Below are positions 39,425-55,269 of a stretch of 64,000 bases of DNA, in pieces. Made by a program: the position numbers and the translations under genes. Numbering within the stretch: the first letter of the stretch is position 1; every line of letters begins with the position of its first letter. Source of the DNA: Eledone cirrhosa (lineage: Eukaryota); assembly GCA_964016885.1 (NCBI GenBank), contig OZ024743.1, positions 188,666,001 through 188,730,000 on the forward strand, given 5' to 3'. The notes under the pieces are model-generated. The model made no database searches and was not told the DNA's origin. It saw nothing but the letters and a program-made list of their open reading frames with translations.

Positions 39425-40180
39425 AGAAAAACGTGCTGCGGGGTTGCTAATGGGTTACATATGAATAAAGTTAGTCCTTCATCAGTGATCTTCCAACCAT
39501 CATTGGTATTTCATCGCTTTAAAGACCATATACCTCCGGTTGGTGCGAGCAACGGCTAAAAAAGTCGTTGGGACACGTAAATAAAGGGGACACGAGTGTA
39601 AACAAACAAAGATGATGAAGCAAGGAAAAGTAAGGAAGAAGGAGTCAAGTCCCAAATTTCTATGAATTTAAATTCGGTGAAATCGTGAACGAGAGAGAAT
39701 AAAGACCACCAAACCTGGTTGGAATGTAAGCAAGGAAGGAATTCCGTACAGGTCTAACGGGAGGAAGAAGGGATCTAGTCTGTGATTTCGGTGAACGTAA
39801 GTTCTGTGAAATCGTTGACGAGAGAGAGAAGAAAAGCGACCTGCCAGACCAAGGGTGCGAAAGAAAAGAATTACGCACAGGTCAAACGGGAAGAAGGAGG
39901 AGGAGGAGAGGTAGTAACAGAGAATGAGTGAGTGAAGGGTGAGGAAGAGGCTAACAGAGAGAGTAACTGCTAAAGAGGGTAAAGATACAGAGAAAGAGGA
40001 AGCAGTAAGAACGAAAAAGACGTGTAACAGCGGGGGAAAAAAATGTGTAAATATGAGAAAAACGTGCTGCGGGGTTGCTAATGGGTTACATATGAATAAA
40101 GTTAGTCCTTCATCAGTGATCTTCCAACCATCAACCCATTAGCAACCCCGCAGCACGTTTTTCTCATATTTACACATATT
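39425..40180. mobile_element. ~631-bp non-coding monomer, ~1.1 tandem copies plus a 48-bp inverted piece
   Basis: gaaaaacgtgctgcgggg at 39426 and 40057; inverted segment 40133-40180. Confidence 0.85.
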
Positions 40181-40184
40181 TACC

Positions 40185-42378
40185 TGGCGTTGCCATCACT
40201 GATGCTGACAAGAGGGTAGCTTGGAAGTGTCACTATGTGAGGCTACTAAATGAGGCGAATAAATGGGAAAAAGATAGTCTGCCCCAAATCGATCCAGTAG
40301 TGCTAGTTGAAGGTAGTATAATAAGTAAGGCAATCAAAGATATGAAGACGGGCAAAGCAGCTGGGCCTTCGGAGATAGTGGCTGAAATGCTGAACGCATC
40401 TGGAATGGTGGGACACACTATGGTCACCGGGATATTAAACCAAGTCATACAGAACTTGGTCATACAAAATGACTGGCGTAGCAGCAGCATCATTAACTGT
40501 TACAAGGGTAAAGGAAATACCCTAGATAAGGGAAACTATAGAGGCATTAAATTAATTGACCAGGTCATGAAGGTCACAGAAAAAGTTATAGCGCAACTAA
40601 TCAGAGAGCGAATTGATTTAGATGAAATGCTGTTTGGGTTTGTGTCAGGTAAAAGTACCAAGTTGCCCTTTTCCTTGTACGACAACTACAGGAGAAGTAC
40701 CTAGCTAAACGTAAACCCCAATACTTAGCTTTTGTCGACTTGGAGAAAGCCTTTGACAGTGCCCCCCGCACCATTATCTGGTGGGCCCTTAGAAAATTAG
40801 GGGTTGATGAATGGCTTGTGAGAGCTATATAAGCTATGTATAAAGAAACAGTCAGCAAGGTTAGAATTAACAACAAATATAGTGAAGAATTTAGCGTAAT
40901 AGCGTAAAAATTGCTGTTCATCAGGGCTCTGTCCTTAGCCCCCTCCTATTTATTATTGACCTTCAGGCTATAACAGAGGAGTTCAAGACTGGCTGACCAT
41001 GGGAACTCCTATACGCAGATGATCTAATGCTCATAGCTGAATCAATGGCTGAACTAGAGAAGAAATTCCAAACATGGAAGCATGGCCTAGAATAAAAAGG
41101 CCTTAAAGTTAACTTGTCTAAGATTAAAGTTCTAGTTTGTAGAAAGGAAAATAGGGGACAGGTGCCCTCATGGAAATGGCCATGCTCAGTGTGTAGCAAA
41201 GGAGTAGGCAGAAATTCCATTTTATGTCCCAAATGCAAAGTATGGGTACATAAAAGATGTAGTGGGATCACAGGTAAACTATCTAAGAACGTAGACTTTA
41301 TATGTGTCCGATGCTCAGGTGCAATAAATAGCAAGTGTCCACAGGATACTAGCTCCTTCTATTGCCCAGATGGTTCTATAGAAATAGTAGACACTTTCCG
41401 TTACCTGAGTGACGAAATCAGCAGTGGAGGAGGGTGTTCTGAAAGTACAGAAGCCAGAGTCAGAACGGGATGGAAAAAGTTCAGAGAGGTTATACCGCTG
41501 TTGGCCACAAAAGGTTTCTCTCTAAAAATGAAAGGCAGATTGTATGATGCTTGTATACGAACAACAATGCTACATGGCAGTGAGACATGGGCATTATGTG
41601 CAGAGGACCTGCGCAGACTGGAAAGGAACGAAGCATGCATGCTCCGTTGGATGTGTAATAGTAATATACGTGAACGGCTAAGCATAAATGAACTAAGTGA
41701 GAAATTAGGAATAAGAGGGATCAGATGCTGTTTACTTGGGAGAAGACTATGTTGGTATGGCCACGTGATGCGCATGAAAGACGACAGCTGTATAAAAAAG
41801 TGCAGGGCGATCAAAATTGATGGTAGTTACGGAGTAGGTAGACACAGAAAAACCTGGGACGATCTAATAAATTCCGACCTTACACACTTGTACCTCTCTA
41901 AGACAATGTCACTGGACCGAGATCTTTGGCGCTACGCAGTAATACAGAAGACCCGCCTTGCCTAAGTACAAAGCAAAACCTACAGTCAGTAGGCACCTCT
42001 TAACCAAATATACACCACAATCCACTACCCCTACCCTATCCTCCCACTCCCACCAACACCACCCTCTCTCTGTAAAGTTGGTACCACAACATCCTGTCCA
42101 AATAAATGAGATAATGAGATCGAGATTGTGTAGGTGTCACGACAAAAAACACACAGTCTATGCTGTAATGTGGCCGTGTAGGTAACGCGATAAACAGTTC
42201 CCAGTTCCACACTGTAAATGTGGTTGGTGTTAGGAAGGGCATCCATCTGTAGAAAACCTGTCAGATAGTTCTATATGAGCGAGACACAGTCACCCGACCA
42301 ACCTTGACTCAAATTGGGACAACTCCCGCCCAACCCATGCTAGCGTGGAAAGTGGACGTTAAACGAAGATGATGATGA
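40185..42378 (+). mobile_element. 5'-truncated RTE LINE (RT with YADD at 41012-41023, PHD finger, 3'UTR, (TGA)n tail), with stops
   Basis: ORFs 40237-40704 and 41114-41965. Confidence 0.93.
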
Positions 42379-42984
42379 TATATATGTTTGTGTATGTGTA
42401 TACATGTAATCCTCCTTGTTGTAAGAAGTGACTAACTGGTCTGGTGTTAGGAAAGGTATCTGGCTGCAAAACATTGCCTCAAAATTCCTATCCAACCCAT
42501 GCTAACATAGAAAATGTGATGTTAAATGGTGATATTGATGATGATAATGATATTAAATATTGTTTTAACTCACGAATACACACACACACACAAACACCCA
42601 CACACTTATATACATATATCGGATATGACAAATATTTGTATATAGTATAATGCGTATAATGTAATACAAAATAATAATCAAATAGCGAAAGTTATTTTAA
42701 ATATCAAGTGGCATGAGGCCGGCAACAATTGAAAAGCATGAATTCCATAAGATAAAGCAGTTAATGCAACATTCCGGAAGATGATATGGAAAACATCTGA
42801 TATGCTGTAAAATTTCCAGTTGATGTTGAAATTTGCAATCACTGAATCCATCATAATTATTATACTTTTTATAATTTAGTAAACAAAATTCATTTTATGA
42901 TAGCATTTACAGAATACCTCATAATGTTTAAGTAAATAGTTGCTAGTATTAATTTAATTGGTTAAATTAAAATTTCGGTTGATG

Positions 42985-43362
42985 CTGGAAAGGAATGAAG
43001 CAAGCCTGCTCTGATAGATGTGCAATGCTTATTTGTATGACTGACAAAGCATGGATGTGCTTAGTGAAAAGATAGAACCAGATGTTGTGTGCAACAGAGA
43101 AAATGTTGATGGTATGGACATGTGATGTGTATGGATGATGATCATTGGGTGAAAGAGAGACAAGAAATCTCAGTGGAAGGAAGCTGCAGTAGAGAGAGAA
43201 CAAGGATTACCTTGCCAGAACGTGTGAGAGCTGATCTAAAATTGTTGAAACTCACAGGGGATATAACAAAGGACCGAGACATGTGGAGGGATGAGAGTGC
43301 AAGAAAAAACTCATCCAATTCATGTAAGTATGGAAAATCTGATGGAAAACAATGATGATAAT
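42985..43362 (+). mobile_element. Old RTE LINE 3' fragment
   Basis: ERNEA..MCN, WYGHVMCMDDDHWVK, and a tail ending in (TGA)n. Confidence 0.7.
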
Positions 43363-44073
43363 AAGTCAAGAGTTAGTCTAATTGATGACTATTCAAAGAG
43401 TGGGAGTGAACTAACTTATATTCCTTATGTAAATGTATAACTTGTGTTTTAAAGTTTGTATTAAGGGCAAGTAGAATGAAAGGATCAATTCAATCACATG
43501 CATCACTCCTATTATAAATATCAATACAAACATAAAATGATTCATGAATATCCTATCTCTCTCAGTAAATCCCTCAAAGAATGTATGCTGTAATGATAAG
43601 TGTACTCTGTAAATAAAATTATATGGTCATGGCTACAATGCTTTTGATCATATATATTCTTGATCTCTGCAATCTGTGACTAAAAACCAGAAAAATTTGA
43701 ATTAATATCATAAGCTAGGCATTCATGATGAGTGCAGAAATGAGATTGCATATATGTAATAACAATTGTGTTTCTTATACAAAGGTTATCAGTATATTCA
43801 TTGGAGTTCTTGACAGAAATGATAACACTTGGACTCTGGTATGTGGAAATATTTCGTTTGACAGACAATACTACTGTTATCTTATTTTGTCTGTTTTGTT
43901 ATCATTTCACATGCATCATACAGAGAGAGCAGGCTCTGTTCTATTGCATAAACTGGCGTTACACGGGCAGTGCTACCTTAATGCATAAATCTGCATTGAC
44001 AGCAACGTTGCTGATGTAATGATGCATTTGTTTGTATGTGTTATGGATCTGTGAGCATTTTTGCGTGATATAT

Positions 44074-44159
<86 letters not shown>

Positions 44160-44163
<4 letters not shown>

Positions 44164-46140
44164 GGAAGCAGAAAATTGCTTATTGTGATCCAGTTCGTGG
44201 TTAAGAAAGCCAGTTTCATGGACGGTTTCAACGTACGGTTAGGGGTAACTCCACAAGTTTGTAAAAATTCCGTTCAATCTTGGAGTATAAAGTATAAAAG
44301 AGAAAACACAGGTAAGCATTAAGAGAAGGATTTTATCCAGGTATTTACGACCGTTTCATTGGTAAGTGAAACCTTATATTGCTATACTGCAAATAGCACC
44401 CACTCAATGATAATTGTTGTTCACGTCCAAATTTTCAAAATAGTGAGTAAGTTACTCTTTAAATAGTTCTTAATATATAGAGAAAAACATTTTTGGGGAA
44501 TTGTATTTACTTGTATAGAGAGAGAGGAAGGGGGAGAAGAGTTAGGAAGTAGAGTGACAAACTGAGATGGAGTGAGGGGTAGAGGTGGAAGGATTCTTTG
44601 ATTAGTTTTGATATGTAGACTACATGTCGGTGATTGTAGTGAGTTAAAGAGAATTAAATTGATCATAGTGGGAGGGATGAAGAGAGAGAGGGGGGGGGAT
44701 AAAGAGATAAATATATATATAAAAAATAAAGATTAAAATAATAATGATAAAAATAAAAGTAAAGAAGGTGTGGGGGGGGGGGGAGAAAGAAGAAAAGAAA
44801 ATATTGCCAAAAAGGGGAGGGAAGAAAGGAAGAAAACGAAAAGAAGTAGAAGAGGGATGAAGGAGAAGGGACGGATATAGGTATTGGTTTCTGTGGGTAA
44901 TTACAGGGGTTAGATACAATAAGAGGGTATAAAGTCTAAGTATATGCAGTTTGTCAGTTGGTAGTAAGAGGTTAAGGGTTCGATTTGCACTTGTAGTGCG
45001 AAAACTTTTATTTGAGTCTATGGTTACAATAAATTGATCTTTCGATTTTATTGTTGAGTAACTTATTCTTCGAACTCAAAATGTGGAACAGCTCAAGGTC
45101 ACATAATCGACAGCTTCTCATACCACTCCGATATGGGGGCGCGTTCGATAATTTTTTCCACTTCAGGGTGTATTGATGGTTACTTTCCCTCAGTTGCCAG
45201 GTCTTGTTTGCAAGGGTAGTTACATAACGGTGCTGGGAATGTTTCATTGCGTAATGGTGTGTATACCAACGGGCTTTAAATGTATTCTCAGTCGTTCTGA
45301 TGTAATACCATTTCTGGTTGTCTGATTCCACTGTGGATTGGTAAACCAGGTTAGACTGCATACATTCATTATGTAATGGACAGGTTTCGGGTAGGTGGCA
45401 GTTACAGTTCTTGTCATGGGCAACTTTGGCATTATTGGTGGGCTGCGATGCCTGTGCAGGTGTGTTACGTTTGTTTGCCTATTAGTGGGTGGTTGTGTAT
45501 TAGATATTCTGTTGTGTTCAATGGTGATTGTATTGTTATTGTTATAAATTTGTGTTCTGGTGTTAAACATCTTTATGTGTGCTTCGATATTTGGTGCCGT
45601 AGAGTAAGATAGTCTAACAGATTTAGTGTTAAGGATTTTGCTGTATCTATGTGAATCTGGAAAGTGTTTATTTATTATTCTAAAGAAGGTAGAGGGTAGG
45701 TTAGTACTAATAGAGGTGTTAAATATGGGGTTATATCAAATATATTTTCTACTGCGTGACTTGTTTGATTTCGATGTTGTATTTCTATTTACCGTATAAT
45801 TTGTAGTTCTATGCGTAAATGCGTATGTGCGTGTGTTTCTGGAGTTTGTGTTATGCGTGTTCGTGTGCGCTTTGCGGGGGCTTTCATCTATTCAAATTCC
45901 TCTTCCTCTCTCTCTATACTAGTAAATACAATTCTCCAAAAATGTTTTTCTCTATATATTAAGAACTATTTAAAGAGTAACTTACTCACTATTTTGAAAA
46001 TTTGGACGTGAACAAAAATGATCATTGAGTGGCTGCTATTTGCAGTATAGCAATATAAGGTTGCACTTGCCAATGCAACGGTCGTAAATACCTGGATAAA
46101 ATCCTTCTCTTAATGCTTAGCTGTGTTTTCTCTTTTATAC
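44160..46140 (-). mobile_element. Penelope-like GIY-YIG remnant flanked by inverted ~230-bp pLTR copies, inside (TA)n
   Basis: ORF 45008-45361 LVYQ..YYI..FKARW..LKWK..CRLCDLE..LLN..CNHR; 44295-44526 is the reverse complement of 45906-46140. Confidence 0.85.
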
Positions 46141-46309
<169 letters not shown>

Positions 46310-46390
46310 GGTAAATAGAAATAACAAGACAATCGGTAGAGTATATGGAAGGTATATATTAGGTTAACGCTTGATATAGCAGGAAGAGGG

Positions 46391-46426
46391 TCTTAACGTT
46401 TCGGACGCTAGTCCTTCAACAGAAGA
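46391..46426 (-). ncRNA. Minimal hammerhead motif with CUGUUGA core variant
   Basis: UCUU-CUGUUGA-a-GGAC-UAGC-GUCC-GAAA-CG-U-U/AAGA; the downstream pLTR tail (46305-46380) recurs at 48435-48510. Confidence 0.65.
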
Positions 46427-46620
46427 AAGAATGAGAAATAAAATAGATTAAGGGGACGCGCGAGAAGGAATTGGAAAAAATGTATTTAGATAAAAATAAT
46501 AGGTGTGTATGATTTGTTTTTTAGAAAAGTGGGTGATGGCGCGCCTCTACCTGAAATGGAAAAAAAAACGTTTTGTATACACACTCGCACACATATATGT
46601 TTATATATATATATATATAT

Positions 46621-47979
<1,359 letters not shown>

Positions 47980-50900
47980 TCCCTGACCCCACCTCTCTAT
48001 CTATCTGTCTATCTATATATATATATATATAAATATTGTTTATTGGAAACACAGATTGGTTCTGTATTTGCATATGTCTCTCAAGTAATCATGCTTTCTT
48101 ATAAGCTATTCTGTAGATCATAGCCCTACCTAATTTAATATCTCAAAGCGTACAGAGATATTGTGAATTGGGGCAAATGCACATTTCTGTGTTTATTAGT
48201 TTATGTATGTATAGGTTTTACTGCCAGCATGTGTGTGTGTGTATGTGTTTGCAATTTTCTGTATGCCACATGTTACACACATATTGCATATAAATGTAAA
48301 TGCAAAATGATTACATATATGTATATATATATTTACATACCTTTGTACAAGGATATCTATCTCTTACTCTATCCATGTATATATTCATATATGTGTGTAT
48401 GTGCATGTATGTGAGTGCATATATATATGTATGTATGTAAAAGGTAAACAGAAATAACAACACAATCGGTACAATATATGGAAGGTATATATTAGGTTCT
48501 CGCTTGTTATATGTATATATATAACTAACTTCCTCTCTCTTTACGTACATATAATATATACACATACATCGAAATGTACATACATTAATTCATGCACCTG
48601 TACACATTGTCCAATCTCACTAACACATATACTTTATATGACTCTCACATATGCACTTCAACAGCAACTATATGTTTATCTGTAAGATAAACATATACTT
48701 GCTGTGTCTTCTTGGTGTAAAACACTCTATTCAATCAACCGATTTAAAACCTTACAATGTCAATACTGTAACTAGCTATACATTCCTTTCTGTCTCCAAA
48801 GATCAAGTTCTTCTTTGGGTCATAGTGACCTAATTCTTCTGGGTTACTAAATATTCTGATGTTGTTATCTGCATGGAACAATAAAACTTTAGCATTGATG
48901 GTTGCATAAGAGTTCTTAAGCATGAAGAAGCAGACAAAAAGAATGAAAGATAAAATAAAGGTGATGTTAAACTGTATCTATATTCAAAACTAAATATCTC
49001 ACAGACAAAACATGAACATATTAATTTGTGTTTTAGGTATTCGTATTGTTTAACCACAGTTTAACCCTGGTTATGTTAAACCTATGATCAATAATGTTAT
49101 TGAATAGATATGCGATGAGAGGAAACTAGATGCTGCTCTAGGCTGAAATATTAATAGGGCACAATTTATAGAGCCCAATATTAGAAATTTAGAAGAAAAA
49201 AAAGTAAAACAGTATAGATAATGCTTAAGACCGCAGTCAGTAAGCTTATTGTTGAAATCAATTCAATATGGTTGCTTTTATGGAAAGGCAAATCTAAGAA
49301 TCTGAAAAATGCTATAATAATTGTACACCTCAGAGACATACTCTATAAGAATGCTATTATTGTTGCTTTAAACATTAGAATTTCTAGTTCGAATCTGTTT
49401 CAGTACCATGGACATATCCAGGAACAGATACTTCATGATGATTGAAGACCAGACTAATGGTAACGTAGTTTAATTGTTATCATATTCTTTATTAATTATT
49501 ATCATTTTATCCTGTTAACAATGGTTGGATGTGTCATCACAGACCGAACAGTACTCAACCAATGCCTCTGACCTCTAAGTAGGCTGGAGACCCAACATGC
49601 AATCCCATACTCTACTGAGTGCATGTTATAGTTGCACAAGCAGAATTGAAGTTGACTTGTTCTTGATACAGATGAAGGGTCTTTCTTTGTCAGGAAGGAT
49701 TGGCTAAATGTTCCAGAATACTTAATAATGTACAATTTATGAAACAGATTCAATGAGGTAGAAACAATTGAAACACTAGAAGATTAATGTCAATGACTGA
49801 TGTACAGTAAATAATTCAAAGAATATTCAGTAAAATAGATGAACATTTTCTATTTAAATATTTCACCTCAAGATGTGCCCATGTTTCTCGTATAACTGTG
49901 GATACAATATTATCTAAACAAACCTTCCCTCCGTTAGTGGGTAATAATGGGATCTGTATGACTGCATTACAAGTATTCTCTATATTCTAACATTGCCAGA
50001 ATTATCAAAACTGCTAGAATCTAATATGAAGTGCAAAACATTCAAGAATACTAAAATGTCACCTCCTTATGTGTAAAATCTATACGCTTGAAAATATTCA
50101 ACCATCAAAATTAAGGATAAACTTATAAGAGAAATAATTAAAATTTCAGAACAATGACATATAAATATATAAAAATAGCTTAAACAGAATGGCAATTATA
50201 AAGTGATATACATGGGAAGCTGGACATACTTCACAATATATTGCCATGAACAACACCATGAAATATCATATGCTTGACCACAGTAATCCAGTTCACCCAG
50301 TAGATTGGCAGTCGTGGTGCTATACAAATCTCCCAGTACATGCCATAATGCAGTTTGCATTAGGAAGGGCATTCAGCCATAGAAAGCCATGCCAAACAAT
50401 ATATTGTATAGGCATGATGTGGTCAACTGACATGTCTAGCCTCATAAATTGACAAACCATCTAACCCAAGCAAGCATGGAAAATAGATGCTAAACAATGA
50501 TGATTATGATGAAGGCAATGATGCCAATTAAATAAGCCTAATTATTCTATATATATTTCCCTTGGACATGGATCCATCATGGACATAAGCACTACAGATG
50601 GTAATGTCCTTTTTTTCATTAAGAGGCCTTATATTCCCTTTAAGTTAAACTATTTTTCTATAGAAAAATAAATTTGATAAAGCATCTAACATTCTCATAA
50701 ATTTTTAATTCTCCTCATCATTTCAAAACTCTTGTTCATATATTTATGTATGTCTAACCCATGCAAGCATGAAAAATAGGTATTAAGCAGTGATGTTGAT
50801 GATAATCATGATCATGATGATAATCATGATCATGATCATGATTTATTCATTTGAGTGCATCTACTGAGACAAATGGAAAAGTCAAGAAAGCTTGCCAGAA

Positions 50901-53900
50901 CTGTTTATAAAATATATACATTAAAAATTGTTCTATTTTCAGAATCAAACATCAATAATTACATTCTGTCGACAGCAAGAAATTCAAAGAAAGAGAAACA
51001 ATTAAACTTTTAGAAAAATAGGTTAAATGCTGCTACAGGTGAAAAATAAAGATGTATAAAATAAGAATATAAATATTCTAAATATTTCTTTATATATAGG
51101 TTTACATTTCTTGGATAAAATCATTTATATAATTATATATACACATATTGATTTAAGGACAACCAGCCATAGAAAGCTTGCCAAATAAAGGTTTAGGGGG
51201 ACCCTTCAGTTGTGTCAAAGACATGACAACCTCTCCTGTGCACTCAGTAGAATGTGAGACTGCCCATAAGCAAGATGCAGATCCCTGGCCTGTCTGGAAG
51301 ATCAGTAGCTTTGCTTCTGTACTGACTTGGTCAATGTAGACCTGTCCAACCATTCTTAGCAGAGAAAGTGTATGTTAAAATGCTGATGATGATGGTAATG
51401 ATGATACATATATATTTTATATATCCTTTCCATGTTTCTAGAGAAAGTGCTTATATAAGATTAAACATATAAACCTTGCTTTCATCATCAAGTCATAGAG
51501 TAACCAAAATACATTCATTACTGGTATTCATCCTTGTTGACAAATTCAAATCTCATACATAATATTTAAATGAGCAAAATGCACATGAAAATGTTTTAAT
51601 TTCAAAATGAAACATCAGATATGTGGACAACAAGTTGGCAACAATTTTCCACAAGGCTATTTAAGGCTTTTGTTAGATGAATGAGAACCTGAACAAGATT
51701 CATTTCCTGCTCCACTCTTAGTACTTCTGCATCTGTCTTTCAGTGAAAATCATCCATTTTCTATGACTAGAATAAGAACAGTACTGAAGCCCTAAAAGGA
51801 CATCAACTACAAGGACATTATTCATACAGCTAAAACGAATGCCTGTCAGAACCTTGTGATTAACTGACAGTAGAGCAATGCCTCTTTATAATGCAAAAAG
51901 TGTTATTCTAACACCTTTTCATTATAAAGAAGAATATTTGTATCTTTCCAGCATATTCTCATTAGATTTCTGTGATATATCTGCTCCCAAAGCATAAGAT
52001 ATCAGTTTCAATCTTTACTAGAAAAAAACTCACCAAGATTCAATATATTTATTACTTTTGCTTTCTCATCCAGCGAGGGCACAGTATCTGAGGAGAGATG
52101 ATGACAGCTCTTTAGTCAGATCACTCATCAGTTCTACTGGTAAATTGTCATCCTATGTAGCTTAGTTTGGTCAAAGGTGACTAAACTTGCTCCTCCACCA
52201 GGCTTGCTTAAATGTGTTTGAATGGCTTAATCACTTTTCATATCCTAGAAAAAAGTTATTTTATGTCAATATTTTGAAATTAAACTTGACATTTAATGTA
52301 ATATGGTACAAGTTTACAAGCTATGGTGTGGAGGAATTAGTTTTCATCATTAAAGAATCCATACAATTTTGAGTGTATATTTTGGTGAAATATAGTATAA
52401 ACCAGGTAATTTAAAAATTACTAATACCTTTATCTTTCAAGTGTCATTTCTGGCTTGACAATTGTATGCATTTGTGTGTATGCTGAAAGGCATATCTATG
52501 ATTTAAGAACTAACTCTTCAAGCTGTTCACAGACTTTCCAGCAGATTAATTATGGGATTGTCTTTCAAATGAGATTGTCACTGAAGCTTGGTAGATCAGC
52601 AATTTGGCTTTGAATGAATTATCTGAGAGGCATGGCTCCTTATTTTGTCAGATGCAGTTAGGAAAAGCAGCATTTGCATAACAGAGAGAATAGTTGGGTG
52701 GGGAGTAAGCCAGACAAACATATCCTATACACCTTCAAATACACTGCATCTCTTTTATCAATAACACTATGTTATTGCTACTGCTAATTAATACTAGTCA
52801 GTCAAGCTCACTCTAACTGCAAATGAGTATATTCAGCAGATGTTTATATGGAAAAAGTATATAAGATATAGATTATCCACATCTCAGTACCAAATCCTGC
52901 ACCATTAGGGTCTAGCATTCTCACACAGTTATTGAGATAGCTGTGACATGACCATAACTAAAAACACTTATAGTGAGACTTATATATGTTTATTAAACAT
53001 AAACATATTGTATATGCCTTCATATACACTTTTAATTATGGATCATGTTATGTTAGTGCCCCTATAAAAATGAATACTAATATAATCCAGTGAAAAGATG
53101 TCAACATGATTCTTCAACCTGCTAGAAATAGCAACTCACTCTAATCACAGTTGACCCTCTTCTTAGAAGAAATGGACTTATTTTATAATGTAGTCCAAGA
53201 TAAACTATGTATGGAAAGATTGGAGGGCTATGGAAGAAATGCCTTTGATCATGGATCTTAAACATAAAGTGAACACAATGACAACACTGGCACTGAGCCT
53301 AAATTGTAACTCACTTTTAATTGACTATACCAGTTAGTTCTCCACCTCACCAATTTTATCTCTGTTGGCAGTAATTGAGATTCAACTCTAACCTATTCTT
53401 TGATTTGTAACAAATTATCATCTTGAGAATAAAATGAAAAATTGGCTAGCACTGATTCCAATAAACTCTGAACCCTAAATTGAAATTATTCCGAGATTTC
53501 CTCTTTAAACATGATATTCTATATCTAAGCTGTATTTTGTAACTGTCAAATAAATATTTCTTGGAATTTTTGGTCAATAGTCTAATATATCACATTGCAA
53601 GTTTAAACTGCATTAAACAAAGGAAAAAATATAGGGAGGTATGCTTGATCAGGTTCCAGTCCCAGAATTCTGGAAGAATTAATGTAGATGAGCCAAATCT
53701 GGAATGTTGTCGCTTTAATACTTAGAGTCATGTACATATCCCTACTTTTATAAAGCTAATTAGTAGAATTGCATATGTGAAGATTGAGTATAATCTTCTA
53801 ATACATAAAATATCTTTCATTCAAATATATCTTTCTATGTATAACATACTATAGGTGAGTAGAATTCCTATTTTCAAATATATCTTTCTACATGCTCCTC

Positions 53901-54324
53901 TGACTGTTACACAAAATTTTCAAATATTTTGTACTGATATATTCCCACTAAATGCAACTATCAATCTGTTATTACTGTTTATCGTCACTGCCTAATGAAA
54001 GAAATTTAGTTCAAATCATCTTATCATAAAACAATTCTGAATGACTAGCCGACACTGTCATATTTCTATTTGACATTCTGGTCAATTATATTCCAATTCT
54101 ATTCTTAGTACCCTTGGACTGGAAGCAAATGACAGCAAACATCATGACAACTTGCAATAGCTACAAAGATAACTGACATAAATGGAGACTCAATGAGAAA
54201 CTGTGCTTTCAGTCCCAGCCCCTACAAAATATCAAAAGATCACAACTTCAACATACACAATTTGTTTAAATGCAGCTGCACAGGCATATATACGTGCATC
54301 AAACACACACGCACACACACACAC

Positions 54325-54364
<40 letters not shown>

Positions 54365-54399
54365 GTATTTTGTTTGACAGCTACCTTAAATTTCAGGAT

Positions 54400-54482
54400 A
54401 AAATCCCCTCTGCAGGCTTCATTTCTTTCCATTCTTTGCAGGTCTTCTGCACACAGTGCCCAGGTCTCACTACCATGTAACT
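54400..54482 (-). mobile_element. Tiny RTE fragment
   Basis: LHGSETWALCAEDLQRMERNEAC. Confidence 0.75.
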
Positions 54483-55269
54483 GGTACACATCTGCAAATG
54501 CATACATACATACATATATACATATATACATACATACAAGTATGTATGTATGTATGTTGGTGCTACTGGTAACATCTATTCCAGTACAACCTGTCCCATG
54601 GCCGGGTCGTTGGCGACTAAACTAGCAACCCCACCAAGGTTTCTTGGTGAGGAGGGTTACTTTGAACATCCTGCAGGACTAAAAACAAAACCTGTCAAAG
54701 GGCAAAGGAGCTCTTAAGAGTCAATGGCCATCCAAAATCACTGGGAGAGATGACCCCTTAGCCTTTGTCAAGGCAGAATTCTAGGAGAAGGAAAACTCTG
54801 ATATAACATCTACAACCCTGATGGTATTTAATGATGTTGACTTGTTCTACTTTTTGGTAAATATCATCTTGGTTAAGAGAGTGGGACTGGCTTTGTGCAG
54901 TGCTTTTGCTCACTATAAAAGCTTCACGGCACAGGCATTGCTTTATATCTGGAGATCTCTCTGCACTTGTCGTCACATGGTACCAAGTACACATGTACAG
55001 ATACAAAGCAGATCCACATGCACACATACAACTCAAAACATACACATCCACACATACAATAACATCCATATCTACTCATGCATGCATGCAGACATGCATA
55101 CATATCTACCTAGTTGATATTGTGTAAATTCCAATGAGAGAGTCTTGTGTCTATGTTAGAAACCGACTCTCTCTCTATTGGTAAACATTTGTGAAATTAT
55201 AAAACCAGAAGAACATATATACATACATACATACATACATACAAGTATGTATGTATGTTTGTGTGTATA

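Noticed and set aside
36805-39559. Long Y/I/C/V/H/T-rich ORFs (also at 21.2-21.6, 29.7-30.3, 33.6-35.8 and 55.9-56.6 kb)
   Set aside because: Translations of stop-free (TA)/(CA) microsatellites
52428-52625. Possible host exon on the - strand (AG...GT boundaries)
   Set aside because: Stops in all three frames and no supporting homology
54570-54810. HDV-like ribozyme in a putative RTE 5' UTR remnant
   Set aside because: I could not assemble the nested double pseudoknot by eye, and the element identity is itself uncertain
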